The notes: generated by a model from the sequence alone, not told the origin. A DNA stretch of 63,860 nt, filler included, from Octopus bimaculoides (GCF_001194135.2; 5 parts of 5 records of this genome joined end to end with filler, not necessarily neighbours in it); one strand, 5' to 3'; positions 13,315 through 24,368 are shown, numbered from the whole stretch's first letter. Translations and numbers: made by a program.

Positions 13315-13494
13315 NNNNNNNNNNNNNNNNNNNNNNNNNNNNNNNNNNNNNNNNNNNNNNNNNNNNNNNNNNNNNNNNNNNNNNNNNNNNNNNNNNNNNN
13401 NNNNNNNNNNNNNNNNNNNNNNNNNNNNNNNNNNNNNNNNNNNNNNNNNNNNNNNNNNNNNNNNNNNNNNNNNNNNNNNNNNNNNNNNNNNNNN

Positions 13495-13560
<66 letters not shown>

Positions 13561-13774
13561 CATTATCTATACACTTAGAGGTGATCCTTGACAGGACGCC
13601 TTACATGTTAGAAAGGATTAGCATGTAAAACGTCCTGTCAAGGGACGCCTCTTTCTGTATAAATACTTATACACTCTTATATATGAAAATATGTTTCCTA
13701 TTGACTTTTATTACGCATGCTAGACACCAGTATGAAAAGTATTCTAAATTTTCTACCCTCATTATTTTCAAATA

Positions 13775-14014
13775 TGGCGTAGTGGTTAAGAGCGCAGGCT
13801 ACTAACTCCAAGAATCCGAGTTCGATTCTAGGCAGTGACCTGAATAATAATAATAATAATAATAATAACAACATCGAAAAATACCTTAGGAATGAGAACC
13901 CAGGTTCGAAATTTCCCCAAGACACCTGATGAAGGCTGGAGGGTATATCAGCCGAAACGTTGTGTTAACAACAAACAAGATGAGGACAAATATCCGTCAA
14001 ATGTAAATAATGTA
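13775..14014 (+). mobile_element. Non-autonomous element with tRNA-derived head, (AAT)n tract and hammerhead ribozyme
   Basis: A-box TGGCGTAGTGG 13775-85, B-box-like GAGTTCGATTC 13818-28, (AAT)n 13843-67, hammerhead 13921-66. A near-identical reverse copy lies at 42651-42940. Confidence 0.85.
13921..13966 (+). ncRNA. Minimal type I hammerhead ribozyme motif
   Basis: GACAC-CTGATGA-A-GGCTG(gagggtatat)CAGCC-GAAACGT-T-GTGTT: stem I GACAC/GTGTT, intact core, 5-bp stem II, palindromic ACGT in place of stem III. Predicted cleavage after 13961. Confidence 0.75.
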
Positions 14015-14032
14015 TATTGTTTTTGTTTTTAG

Positions 14033-14235
14033 AGACACATTGAAGTTGGAATGAGACGCAAAGGATATTACTGCTTACGAGAATGGCAAAAGCCTTTCTT
14101 TGAGAAGATCTATGAACTTTATATGCTGACAGTGATGCTCATAATCCCGTCGTTTGTGATGACAATTGCTTACCTCGGTATCTGTTTCGAGATGTGGAAT
14201 GTTTCGTATCGTAGAGCCGATATGAGAAGCGGCAG
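14033..14235 (+). CDS. Next internal exon of the same GPCR: ECL2 with conserved Cys, TM5, start of ICL3
   Basis: Acceptor tttttgtttttAG at 14031-32, donor CAG|GTGAGT at 14236. The phase 0 start matches the previous exon. Translation RHIEVGMRRKGYYCLREWQKPFFEKIYELYMLTVMLIIPSFVMTIAYLGICFEMWNVSYRRADMRSG shows the ECL2 Cys and the TM5 P..VM..AY..I pattern. Confidence 0.93.
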
Positions 14236-14274
14236 GTGAGTATACCTCTTCTTTATATAACGAGTTACGCTTAT

Positions 14275-14640
14275 CGTGTGGCTGAGTGGTAAGAAGCTTG
14301 CTTCCCAAACACATGGTTCCGGGTTCGGTTCCACTGCGTGGCACCTTGGGCAGTGTCTTCTACTATAGCCTCGGGCCGATCAAAGCCTTGTGAGTGGATT
14401 TGGTAGACGGAAACTGAAAGAAACCCGTCGTATATATGTATATATATGTGTCTGTATGAATGTATGTATTTGTGTGTGTGTTTGTGCTTGCACGCCCACC
14501 ATCAGCAAGACAGACCGCTAGAATAAGTGCCAGCCTTTACACAAATGGAATAAGTACGCGGTGTCGATTCTTTCCACAAAAATATTTCAATGCGATGCCC
14601 CAGCATGGCCGCAGTCTAATGACTAAAACTAGCAAAAAAT
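14275..14640 (+). mobile_element. SINE family A, just downstream of the second GPCR exon
   Basis: Close match to the family A head/CORE segment and 3' tail. Confidence 0.85.
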
Positions 14641-15188
14641 CAAAGATTGCTCCTCATTGAGCCAGTGCTCAACTGGAAATTTATTTTATCGACTACGAAA
14701 CAATGAAAGACAAAAGCAAAGTTGTCTCGGTGATATTTGAGCTCAGAACACGAAGACCTGTGAAAATACTGCAAAGAATTTTGCTCTACGCAGTGACGAT
14801 TCTGTCAGTACACCGCCTTCGTCAGGATAGAAATAATATTAATTATTGTTTATCTTTTTAACGGTGCTATGTTAACTAGTCACTTCATGTTGTTAGTAAA
14901 TGTGTTTCGTCGCAGAATGTGACGATTGGGCGCAGCTGCTTGGGCGCTGACAATTCGGCACGGCTGACGGAAGATTCAATCTGTTTGGGTGATAATATTT
15001 TTTTGAACTGGCGGCAAACACAAACACACACACGCGCGCATATGCACACACACACGCACACACGTGCGCGCGCACGTGTAAAAATGTATACCAGCAGATA
15101 AAGAATGTGAGATAAAGATTAAATAATTACCTATACGTATAAGCCTAACAAGATGTTCATACATATAAACAGCGAGAGAGGAAGAGAG

Positions 15189-15241
<53 letters not shown>

Positions 15242-15243
<2 letters not shown>

Positions 15244-15414
15244 GCTAGTTGATTAGATCGACCCCAGTACGCAACTGGTACTTAATTTATTGACCCCTGA
15301 AGAATGAAAGGCAAAGTCGACCTCGGTGGAATTTGAACTCAAAACGTAAAGATAGACGAAATACCGCTAAGCATTTCGCCCGGCGTGCTAACGATTCTGC
15401 CAGCTCGCCGCCTT
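15242..15414 (-). mobile_element. tRNA-headed SINE family B, best-preserved copy
   Basis: AAGGCGGCGAGCTGGCAGAATCGTTAGCACGCCGGGCGAAATGC...GAGTTCAAATTCCACCGAGGTCGAC...AATTAAGTACCAG...GGGGTCGATC; ends at a (GA)n tract. Confidence 0.85.
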
Positions 15415-15550
15415 AGAGAGATATATCATACATACAAACATAGCTTGATGCCTACGCATATAAACAGAAAAAGAGTCATATTGAGACAAAAGAAAGGTTA
15501 AAAAGGTTTTATGTCAAATAAGTCAGCGTCGAATCAAAGACGCAAAATAG

Positions 15551-15617
15551 GCAGCGCCAAAACAGCAGCGCCAAAACAGCAGCGCCAAAACAGCAGCGCC
15601 AAAACAGCAGCGCCAAA
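15551..15617. repeat. 14-bp tandem repeat CAGCAGCGCCAAAA, about 5 units
   Basis: Read directly from the sequence. Confidence 0.95.
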
Positions 15618-16652
15618 CAACTCATACCCGCTTTATCGAGACTGTAGAAATAAAATTCAAAGAATATTATTCAGTGGTTTGAAATGAGGAATACCAAGGA
15701 CAAAACTGTATAATTAAAAGGTTTTAAAACAGCGCTTTATTGAAATATTCCTATCAATACTTCAATGCTGATTATTTCGAGACTAACAACATTCTGTGTC
15801 ATTATGTTTGGCAGGGTATTGCTTCTGAGATTACATGTTCTCTGTCCATGAAACCTGCGAAGCACCACAGACATTTATTATTTCTCCTTACTCTATAATC
15901 GTTAACAGGTACAGAAATTTTGTGAGAATTTTAGTCACAAGACGATTCTGGTTTCTTTTTTCTTTTTTCTTTTTCATATTCTAAGGTTTCTGTATGACTT
16001 CCTCTAAAGAATTTTAGTTGCCAATAAACATGTTGAGAATATTGAAATGAAAAATATTCTGAAAAATTATATACACACGTACAAACAGTTAATATGCAAG
16101 TGCATACATATTTATGCACACGTTCAAATACAAGCATATATATATATATANNNNNNNNNNNNNNNNNNNNNNNNNNNNNNNNNNNNNNNNNNNNNNNNNN
16201 NNNNNNNNNNNNNNNNNNNNNNNNNNNNNNNNNNNNNNNNNNNNNNNNNNNNNNNNNNNNNNNNNNNNNNNNNNNNNNNNNNNNNNNNNNNNNNNNNNNN
16301 NNNNNNNNNNNNNNNNNNNNNNNNNNNNNNNNNNNNNNNNNNNNNNNNNNNNNNNNNNNNNNNNNNNNNNNNNNNNNNNNNNNNNNNNNNNNNNNNNNNN
16401 NNNNNNNNNNNNNNNNNNNNNNNNNNNNNNNNNNNNNNNNNNNNNNNNNNNNNNNNNNNNNNNAAAAAAAAAATCTGATTAAGAAAATTTGGTTGAACGT
16501 ATTCTGTGTGAATTTGAATAATATTGTATTTTTATACGAGTTATCTCTTCTAATTATCACGAAACAAATATTGTCGGTATTTCTTTTGAAGTTCATTTCA
16601 TTATAAGAGATGGTATTTTAAATCTTGGGAATTAGACACACAATCACACACG

Positions 16653-16695
<43 letters not shown>

Positions 16696-16940
16696 GTATG
16701 TAATTAATGTAGACAACCGTATGCAATGTGTGACCAAAAAGGAAAACTATAATTGTCGTTAAATATTACTAGGGTGTTAGAAACATCTACATTGCTAGAA
16801 ATAAGAGCTAAAATATTCTATATATAACAATACTACTACTACTACTACTACTACTAGTAGTAGTAGTAGTAGTAGACTGTATAACATTTCCATATTCCTA
16901 CACAATATGCAATATACTTTTCTAGGCCTGAATTTTTTGC

Positions 16941-17046
16941 GGGAAGGAGGCCAGTCGATTAGATCGACCCCAGCACACAACTGGTACGAAAGGACGAAAG
17001 GCAAAGTCGATCTCCGCAGAATTTAAACTCAGAACGTAAAAACAGA
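16941..17046 (-). mobile_element. SINE family B fragment
   Basis: CAGTCGATTAGATCGACCCCAG...GGCAAAGTCGA...AACTCAGAACGTAAA. Confidence 0.7.
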
Positions 17047-17143
17047 CGGTCATAATATACAAACATCTCTCATGGCACCGGTACACTGTTTACAGAAGCT
17101 TACATTCTTTTTGTTTCCCGTGAATTTTTCAAGGGTCCAGCAA

Positions 17144-17203
<60 letters not shown>

Positions 17204-17429
17204 TCAATGCTTATTGTTGTTGTTAATCTTACCGTGATTATCTTTGTCATTCGTCTTTTCGAGGCCGATCCATTAAAATACCATAAAACCATTTTCACAG
17301 CAAAATCTATAAAAGTCTAGTCATTTTTCACCTGATTTTTCTTAATGAACATTTTACGATCCAGCCAAGATGTGCCACGCGGTCTCTCTATTTCCAAGAA
17401 TTAGGAGCTAATTTTTTCTCAAAAAATAT

Positions 17430-17820
17430 AGGTGCAGAAGTGGCTGTGTAGTAAGAAGCTTGCTTCCTAACCACATGGTTCCTGGTTCAGTCCCACTGTG
17501 TGATACCTAGGGTAAGTGTCTTCTGCTATAGCCTTGTTGCGACCAAAGCTTTGTGAGTGGAGTTGGTAGAGGGAAACTGAAAGAAGCTCGTCGAAAATGT
17601 ATATATATATGTTTTAATGTGTCTGTCTTTGTCCACTCACCATCGCTTGACAACCGATGTTAGTGTGTCTACGTCCCCGTAACTTAGCGATTCGGAAAAA
17701 GGGACCGATAGAATCAGTACCAGGTATACAAAGAACAACTTCTGGAGTCGATTTTCTCCGACTGGAAGGCGGTGCTCCAGCATGGCCGTAGCCAAATGAT
17801 TGAAACAAGTAAAAAGAAAA
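17430..17820 (+). mobile_element. SINE family A, full length
   Basis: Head to tail match. Confidence 0.85.
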
Positions 17821-18275
17821 AAGAATATATATATATATATTAACCTAAAACCAAGAAAAAGCGTAAAGAATATTACCTTAAAAAGGATTAGACAGGCCAC
17901 ATATTAAATAAGATAAATCTATAAATCTTTAACACAAAAAATCCAATTATACCTATAGATAAGAGTATCTTATTATCTCCCCTCGTATTCAACCTCTTAA
18001 ATGATATTAGTCTTAAAGAATTTTTTTAGAGTAGTGTATTTTATTCCCATAATACTTAGTGCAGGACAGAAGGTGCCGCCATTTGCAGAGATTATAGAAT
18101 GAGTAAACTCGCAGATAAGTATTCTTCCTTTGTTAATTGTGGTAAATAGTTTTATTTACTAGTTTTATCCAATAACTTAATAACATATATAGAGGTTTTG
18201 GTGGACATTGGAATTAGACACTGAGGGAAAATGGCTGTAACTTTTTTATTTTTTAATTTTGGCGATTTTCGTTTT

Positions 18276-18564
18276 CGATAATGTGTTCTACATGTCACGG
18301 TCATGCGATTCCCCCTAAAAAAAAATTTTGGACAACCCCCCCAATTTTTTGGGGCGATTTTCATTTTTGACATTGTGTTCTACATGTCCAGATCGTACGA
18401 ATAGCCTTCTCGCAACTTAGATGTGAAAATGAACGGCTTACATTTATATTGAAACAGAAAAAGGATCACATGTGGAGTCCCCACCACGAAACTTGATATG
18501 CTAGAAATAACAGCTAATTTTTTTAGGGGGAATCGCATGACCGTGACATATAGAACACATTATC
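18276..18564. repeat. About 47-bp inverted repeat pair (MITE/foldback-like)
   Basis: 18276-18322 versus 18518-18564, one mismatch; the right side runs into a gap. Confidence 0.85.
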
Positions 18565-19498
18565 NNNNNNNNNNNNNNNNNNNNNNNNNNNNNNNNNNNN
18601 NNNNNNNNNNNNNNNNNNNNNNNNNNNNNNNNNNNNNNNNNNNNNNNNNNNNNNNNNNNNNNNNNNNNNNNNNNNNNNNNNNNNNNNNNNNNNNNNNNNN
18701 NNNNNNNNNNNNNNNNNNNNNNNNNNNNNNNNNNNNNNNNNNNNNNNNNNNNNNNNNNNNNNNNNNNNNNNNNNNNNNNNNNNNNNNNNNNNNNNNNNNN
18801 NNNNNNNNNNNNNNNNNNNNNNNNNNNNNNNNNNNNNNNNNNNNNNNNNNNNNNNNNNNNNNNNNNNNNNNNNNNNNNNNNNNNNNNNNNNNNNNNNNNN
18901 NNNNNNNNNNNNNNNNNNNNNNNNNNNNNNNNNNNNNNNNNNNNNNNNNNNNNNNNNNNNNNNNNNNNNNNNNNNNNNNNNNNNNNNNNNNNNNNNNNNN
19001 NNNNNNNNNNNNNNNNNNNNNNNNNNNNNNNNNNNNNNNNNNNNNNNNNNNNNNNNNNNNNNNNNNNNNNNNNNNNNNNNNNNNNNNNNNNNNNNNNNNN
19101 NNNNNNNNNNNNNNNNNNNNNNNNNNNNNNNNNNNNNNNNNNNNNNNNNNNNNNNNNNNNNNNNNNNNNNNNNNNNNNNNNNNNNNNNNNNNNNNNNNNN
19201 NNNNNNNNNNNNNNNNNNNNNNNNNNNNNNNNNNNNNNNNNNNNNNNNNNNNNNNNNNNNNNNNNNNNNNNNNNNNNNNNNNNNNNNNNNNNNNNNNNNN
19301 NNNNNNNNNNNNNNNNNNNNNNNNNNNNNNNNNNNNNNNNNNNNNNNNNNNNNNNNNNNNNNNNNNNNNNNNNNNNNNNNNNNNNNNNNNNNNNNNNNNN
19401 NNNNNNNNNNNNNNNNNNNNNNNNNNNNNNNNNNNNNNNNNNNNNNNNNNNNNNNNATATGTGTGTGTATTTGTATGTATGTATGTATGTATTATAAA

Positions 19499-19536
<38 letters not shown>

Positions 19537-19564
19537 TATAATATAATATATATGTATGTATGTT

Positions 19565-19690
19565 TCTGTATGCCCAATCCACTCACAAGGCGTTAGTCGG
19601 CTCGAGGCTATAGTAGAAGAGATTTGCCCAAGGTGCTACGCAGTGGGACTGAACCCGCAGCCATGTGGTTGAAAACAAAGTCCTTACCTT
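19565..19690 (-). mobile_element. SINE family A, 5' half
   Basis: CCAATCCACTCACAAGGC...GAACCCGCAGCCATGTGG is the reverse complement of the head/CORE part. Confidence 0.7.
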
Positions 19691-20964
19691 GTGAATTCGT
19701 TATAGAGAGGCTTTTGCTAAAATAAAGCAAGACAATCTTTACAGTGAAGTGGCTGTGTTAAGACGGTCGATTACTTGTCGCTCGCGGGGAACAACGGTAA
19801 ATATCATTTCTTAATACAGACCGTCTAAATTTGTTGGTGTGTTCTTGCTCAAAGGTATGCCTTATCAGCATCGACCTCGGTCCCAACGAAAAATAACAGT
19901 TGTAATATTCTTTAAACAAACTCTACCTAGTTTGTATCGATCTGTTATATAAAAACCAATTGTAAAATATTTAAGCTGGTGTTGGGCCGAAGGAGTATCG
20001 AATGTGTTAACCAGAAGATTTCATTTCAAAATTAGCAGTTCAACTTAAAATATTAATTAGTTCCACGTAGAGGATCATTCATTAATTTATTCGAATTGAA
20101 AAATTTTATTGAAAAGGTTTTTACGCAAAGTATTTTGTTATGAATTTTAAGGCCATAAAAGTTATGGATTATTACATGGAAGGTTTCTGTAATGTTGAAA
20201 ATTATGTTCAGATTAGCTCGCTATATTCAGAGTAGTTGAAAATTATAGAAAAACAATAGACGAAGACAGGTGTATGAACAACAAGCAAGTGTATCTTTTT
20301 TACGCTCGGGAAAAATGAAAAAGTGTTTTACGTTTCGAGCCTGCGCTCTTCAGCAGAAAAGAATAAGAGAAAATAAACAGAGGCAGAATGAAAAAAAAAC
20401 TTGTAGATTTCAATGGTCCAGCATGGAGAATATTAAATATATTCAGAGGAGATGCGTAACCTACTGGAAATAGGGAATCAAACAAACATCACTGCGAATC
20501 GTAATTGAAAAACAGCTAAATTGGTTTCAATAAGAGAACTGCTTGTTTAATTCTAAAGTAAATATTTCACAATTTATTGAAATACTGAGCTGTGATAGAT
20601 GTTGATTTAGCAGACTAGCTGACGCTGTTTAACTTATTTTCTATACTTTGGCCTTTATATAGCTTGTATTTGTTATCTAATAACAGATAAAATTATCTCT
20701 AACTAAATGTTAAAATGTAATCTGTTTACGCAATTTACTACTTTAAGATTTTTGTCAAATAAACAATTTTGCTCAGATATCAGAGGCGGCCTCAAAATGA
20801 TAACCTACTAGCTAAAAACAGCAGCCAAATTACACCCTGTTACCTTAACCCTTTGCCTGCACAAATTCTTTTCATACGTTGATCCTTTCAGAAATGTAGT
20901 AAAGCCCTTGTTTTATTCGTTCTAAGTCATATATAAAGTTACGCTGATGGTTGAAATAAAATTG

Positions 20965-21305
20965 GGAATGACTGTGTGGTAAGGAGTTTGCTTCCTAACC
21001 ACATGGTTCCGGGTTCAGTCCCACTTTGTGTCACATTGGGCAAGTGTCTTCTACTATAACCTCGGGTCGATCAAAGCCTTGCGAGTGAATTTGGTTGACA
21101 GAAACTGAAAGAAGCCCGTCGTATGTATATATGTATATGCTTGTGTGTCTGTGTTTGTCTCCACACACACGCACCGTCGCTTGACAATCGATGTTAGTGT
21201 ACTTACGTCCCAGTAATCTAGCGGTTCGGCAAAACGGACCGATAAAATAAGTACTAGACTTACAAAGAATAGGTCCTCGGATCGATTTGTTCGACTAAAG
21301 GCGAT
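20965..21305 (+). mobile_element. SINE family A, 3' end abutting a family D copy
   Basis: Head to ...GATTTGTTCGACTAAAGGCG match. Confidence 0.85.
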
Positions 21306-21319
21306 GAAGAAAGAGTGAG

Positions 21320-21491
21320 AGAAAGTCGTGGTGAAAGAGTATAGCAGGGTTCACCCCCCCCCCCTGCCGGAGCCTCGTGAAGCTTTAGGTGTTTTCGCTC
21401 AATAAACACTCACAACGCCCGGTCTGGGAATCGAAACCGCGATCTTATGACCGCGTGTCCGCTGCCCTAACCACTGGGCCATTGCGCCTCC
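21320..21491 (-). mobile_element. tRNA-headed SINE family D
   Basis: Minus strand GGAGGCGCAATGGCCCAGTGGTTAGGGCAGCGGAC...GGTTTCGATTCCCAGACC with A- and B-boxes, followed by a non-tRNA body. Confidence 0.7.
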
Positions 21492-21982
21492 ACTAATCCA
21501 CACATACACACACACACACACACACAAAAAACAGAATGGCAACCAATAAAATACCTTTGAATGCTACGTCTGCTGTACAAGAGTTAACCTGGAAACTCAA
21601 CAACAACAAACAATAGCTTCTGACATTGAGGAGGCACAAGAGAAGATCTTTGAGAATTTTCTGAATAGATTCTTATTAACACACCAAATATATATAAAAG
21701 AATAAATAGGGAATCACAAAATAATTCTAATGATTTTAAGTGTCAAATAATTAAGGCCTTTTGATTCTGTCCTTCATTTGTGTCACTTAGCCAGTTTTAG
21801 TTCTTAGAAAGCTTCTACAGTTGAGAACTAAGTCTAGAAATAAGTTTCCATTAAAAAGCAAGCCTCAGGGGTACGGAAATGCACTGAAAGTCTTATTGAC
21901 AGTGAGGCTCTCTCTGTCACACACACACACATACATAATGCATACATACATACTTATATATACAAATACATACGTACATATA

Positions 21983-22082
21983 NNNNNNNNNNNNNNNNNN
22001 NNNNNNNNNNNNNNNNNNNNNNNNNNTTAATTAATTAANNNNNNNNNNNNNNNNNNNNNNNNNNNNNNNNNNNNNNNNNNNN
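21983..22082. other. Synthetic scaffold linker N44-TTAATTAATTAA-N44
   Basis: Exactly 100 bp; identical cassettes at 28091-28190, 34826-34925 and 60558-60657. Confidence 0.95.
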
Positions 22083-22639
22083 CGTGGGTGGTTGTTGGTT
22101 TTGATGTCGTTATTTGTGATGTTTGTTTTAGAGTTGATGTAATTCATCAACTCTGTGTTTGTACTGTCTATTGCTGTTAGCATTGTTCTTTGCATATTAC
22201 TATTGGTGTTAGGAGCATTTTCGGGAGATGTGAATCTCCCTGCTTTGTTTGCGTTTGCATTTTGTTTTGTTTTCTTCTTACTGCGCTTCCTCTTTCCTTT
22301 CGTAACTATTTGCCACCCTTCCCCACTCTCTTCATCCGATGAGAGTTCTGAGGAGTCAGAAAGAGGTAATGGCAAATTTTGTACGTCTGTGTGTGTTTCT
22401 GTGAGTGTTTGTGTTGCTGTTTTGTTGGTGTTGGCTGCTTGTTATTTGTGCATGGTGTATATGATATGGGGGAGGGAGAGACAGTCTTGGAATTTTCTTT
22501 TTTTTCCTCTTCTGTTTTTGCAGTTTCTGTTGTCTTCCTTTCTGTTGTGGTTATTGCTGATATTTCTGTTGTTGTTTTTTTGTGTTACTGGTGGTGTTGT
22601 TAGTAAAGTTTTTCTGTTGGGGGTATTTGGTAGTTGCAT

Positions 22640-22670
<31 letters not shown>

Positions 22671-23031
22671 GCAGCCAGTGGGCAGTCCTTTTTCAGATGT
22701 GCCTCGTTGATGCATAAGTAACAGCGAGGCCGCCTGCCCTCAGCCACCACATACAGTTTGTGTTCCTCCGCCAGTCTAATGTTTGGCGGAATCTTCCGTG
22801 AAGCCTCCTCCGTGATGTGGAGAAGGATTTCCAGATCCCCCCCCCCAGTTCTTTTCCTCTACGACCGTAATTTCCAAAATATTTGCCTCCTCCATTTCGA
22901 GGCATACGGCCGATACTACCCATTGGGTGTCCACTTCTGATGGCACGTTTTTTATAATTACTTTGGTCACTCTCTGTCCAAGATAACTCGGTATCATCAC
23001 CAAGTTATCTGTGCGGAGAGAGAGTGACGAA
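22083..23031 (-). mobile_element. Gag-like ORF1 remnant of a non-LTR retrotransposon (Tx1/L1-like)
   Basis: VTKVIIKNVP...EGRRPRCYLCINEAHLKKDCP contains a CX2CX4HX4C zinc knuckle at 22682-22723, then a Q/N/T-rich tail with GWQIVTKGKRKR. Frameshift at the poly-C near 22840 and one stop; bounded by gaps. Confidence 0.75.
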
Positions 23032-24198
23032 NNNNNNNNNNNNNNNNNNNNNNNNNNNNNNNNNNNNNNNNNNNNNNNNNNNNNNNNNNNNNNNNNNNNN
23101 NNNNNNNNNNNNNNNNNNNNNNNNNNNNNNNNNNNNNNNNNNNNNNNNNNNNNNNNNNNNNNNNNNNNNNNNNNNNNNNNNNNNNNNNNNNNNNNNNNNN
23201 NNNNNNNNNNNNNNNNNNNNNNNNNNNNNNNNNNNNNNNNNNNNNNNNNNNNNNNNNNNNNNNNNNNNNNNNNNNNNNNNNNNNNNNNNNNNNNNNNNNN
23301 NNNNNNNNNNNNNNNNNNNNNNNNNNNNNNNNNNNNNNNNNNNNNNNNNNNNNNNNNNNNNNNNNNNNNNNNNNNNNNNNNNNNNNNNNNNNNNNNNNNN
23401 NNNNNNNNNNNNNNNNNNNNNNNNNNNNNNNNNNNNNNNNNNNNNNNNNNNNNNNNNNNNNNNNNNNNNNNNNNNNNNNNNNNNNNNNNNNNNNNNNNNN
23501 NNNNNNNNNNNNNNNNNNNNNNNNNNNNNNNNNNNNNNNNNNNNNNNNNNNNNNNNNNNNNNNNNNNNNNNNNNNNNNNNNNNNNNNNNNNNNNNNNNNN
23601 NNNNNNNNNNNNNNNNNNNNNNNNNNNNNNNNNNNNNNNNNNNNNNNNNNNNNNNNNNNNNNNNNNNNNNNNNNNNNNNNNNNNNNNNNNNNNNNNNNNN
23701 NNNNNNNNNNNNNNNNNNNNNNNNNNNNNNNNNNNNNNNNNNNNNNNNNNNNNNNNNNNNNNNNNNNNNNNNNNNNNNNNNNNNNNNNNNNNNNNNNNNN
23801 NNNNNNNNNNNNNNNNNNNNNNNNNNNNNNNNNNNNNNNNNNNNNNNNNNNNNNNNNNNNNNNNNNNNNNNNNNNNNNNNNNNNNNNNNNNNNNNNNNNN
23901 NNNNNNNNNNNNNNNNNNNNNNNNNNNNNNNNNNNNNNNNNNNNNNGAAATGCTCATGAAAAGAACAAGACAAGCGTTCCAAAATTTCCTTCTCGACATT
24001 TTTCAAATTTCGAGAAGGAAATTTTTGTATTTTGCTAGGGCCGAAACTGCCCCTGGGGCCAATTCTTGCCTTTGAAAATACACAGAAATGAAACCTAGGT
24101 GCTTCGCAACAAAAATATTAAAACATTCTAACAAAATGTGGGCAATAGAAGGTCAAAAAGGGGTTTCCCTCTGCAGCCGAGGTGACAGCACGTCCGTC

Positions 24199-24261
<63 letters not shown>

Positions 24262-24286
24262 CGGACGGACGGATGGACAGGCAGAC

Positions 24287-24367
<81 letters not shown>
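24199..24367. repeat. (GATA)n microsatellite
   Basis: Read directly; similar arrays at 28775-28850 and 60838-61020. Confidence 0.95.

Positions 24368-24368
<1 letters not shown>

Noticed and set aside
13775-13845. SINE heads as genuine tRNA genes (also about 21420-21491, 42865-43005, 60445-60515)
   Set aside because: A- and B-boxes are present but acceptor stems are incomplete and the heads continue into repeat bodies.
15551-15617. Short repeat array as CRISPR
   Set aside because: No spacers, eukaryotic context, no cas genes.
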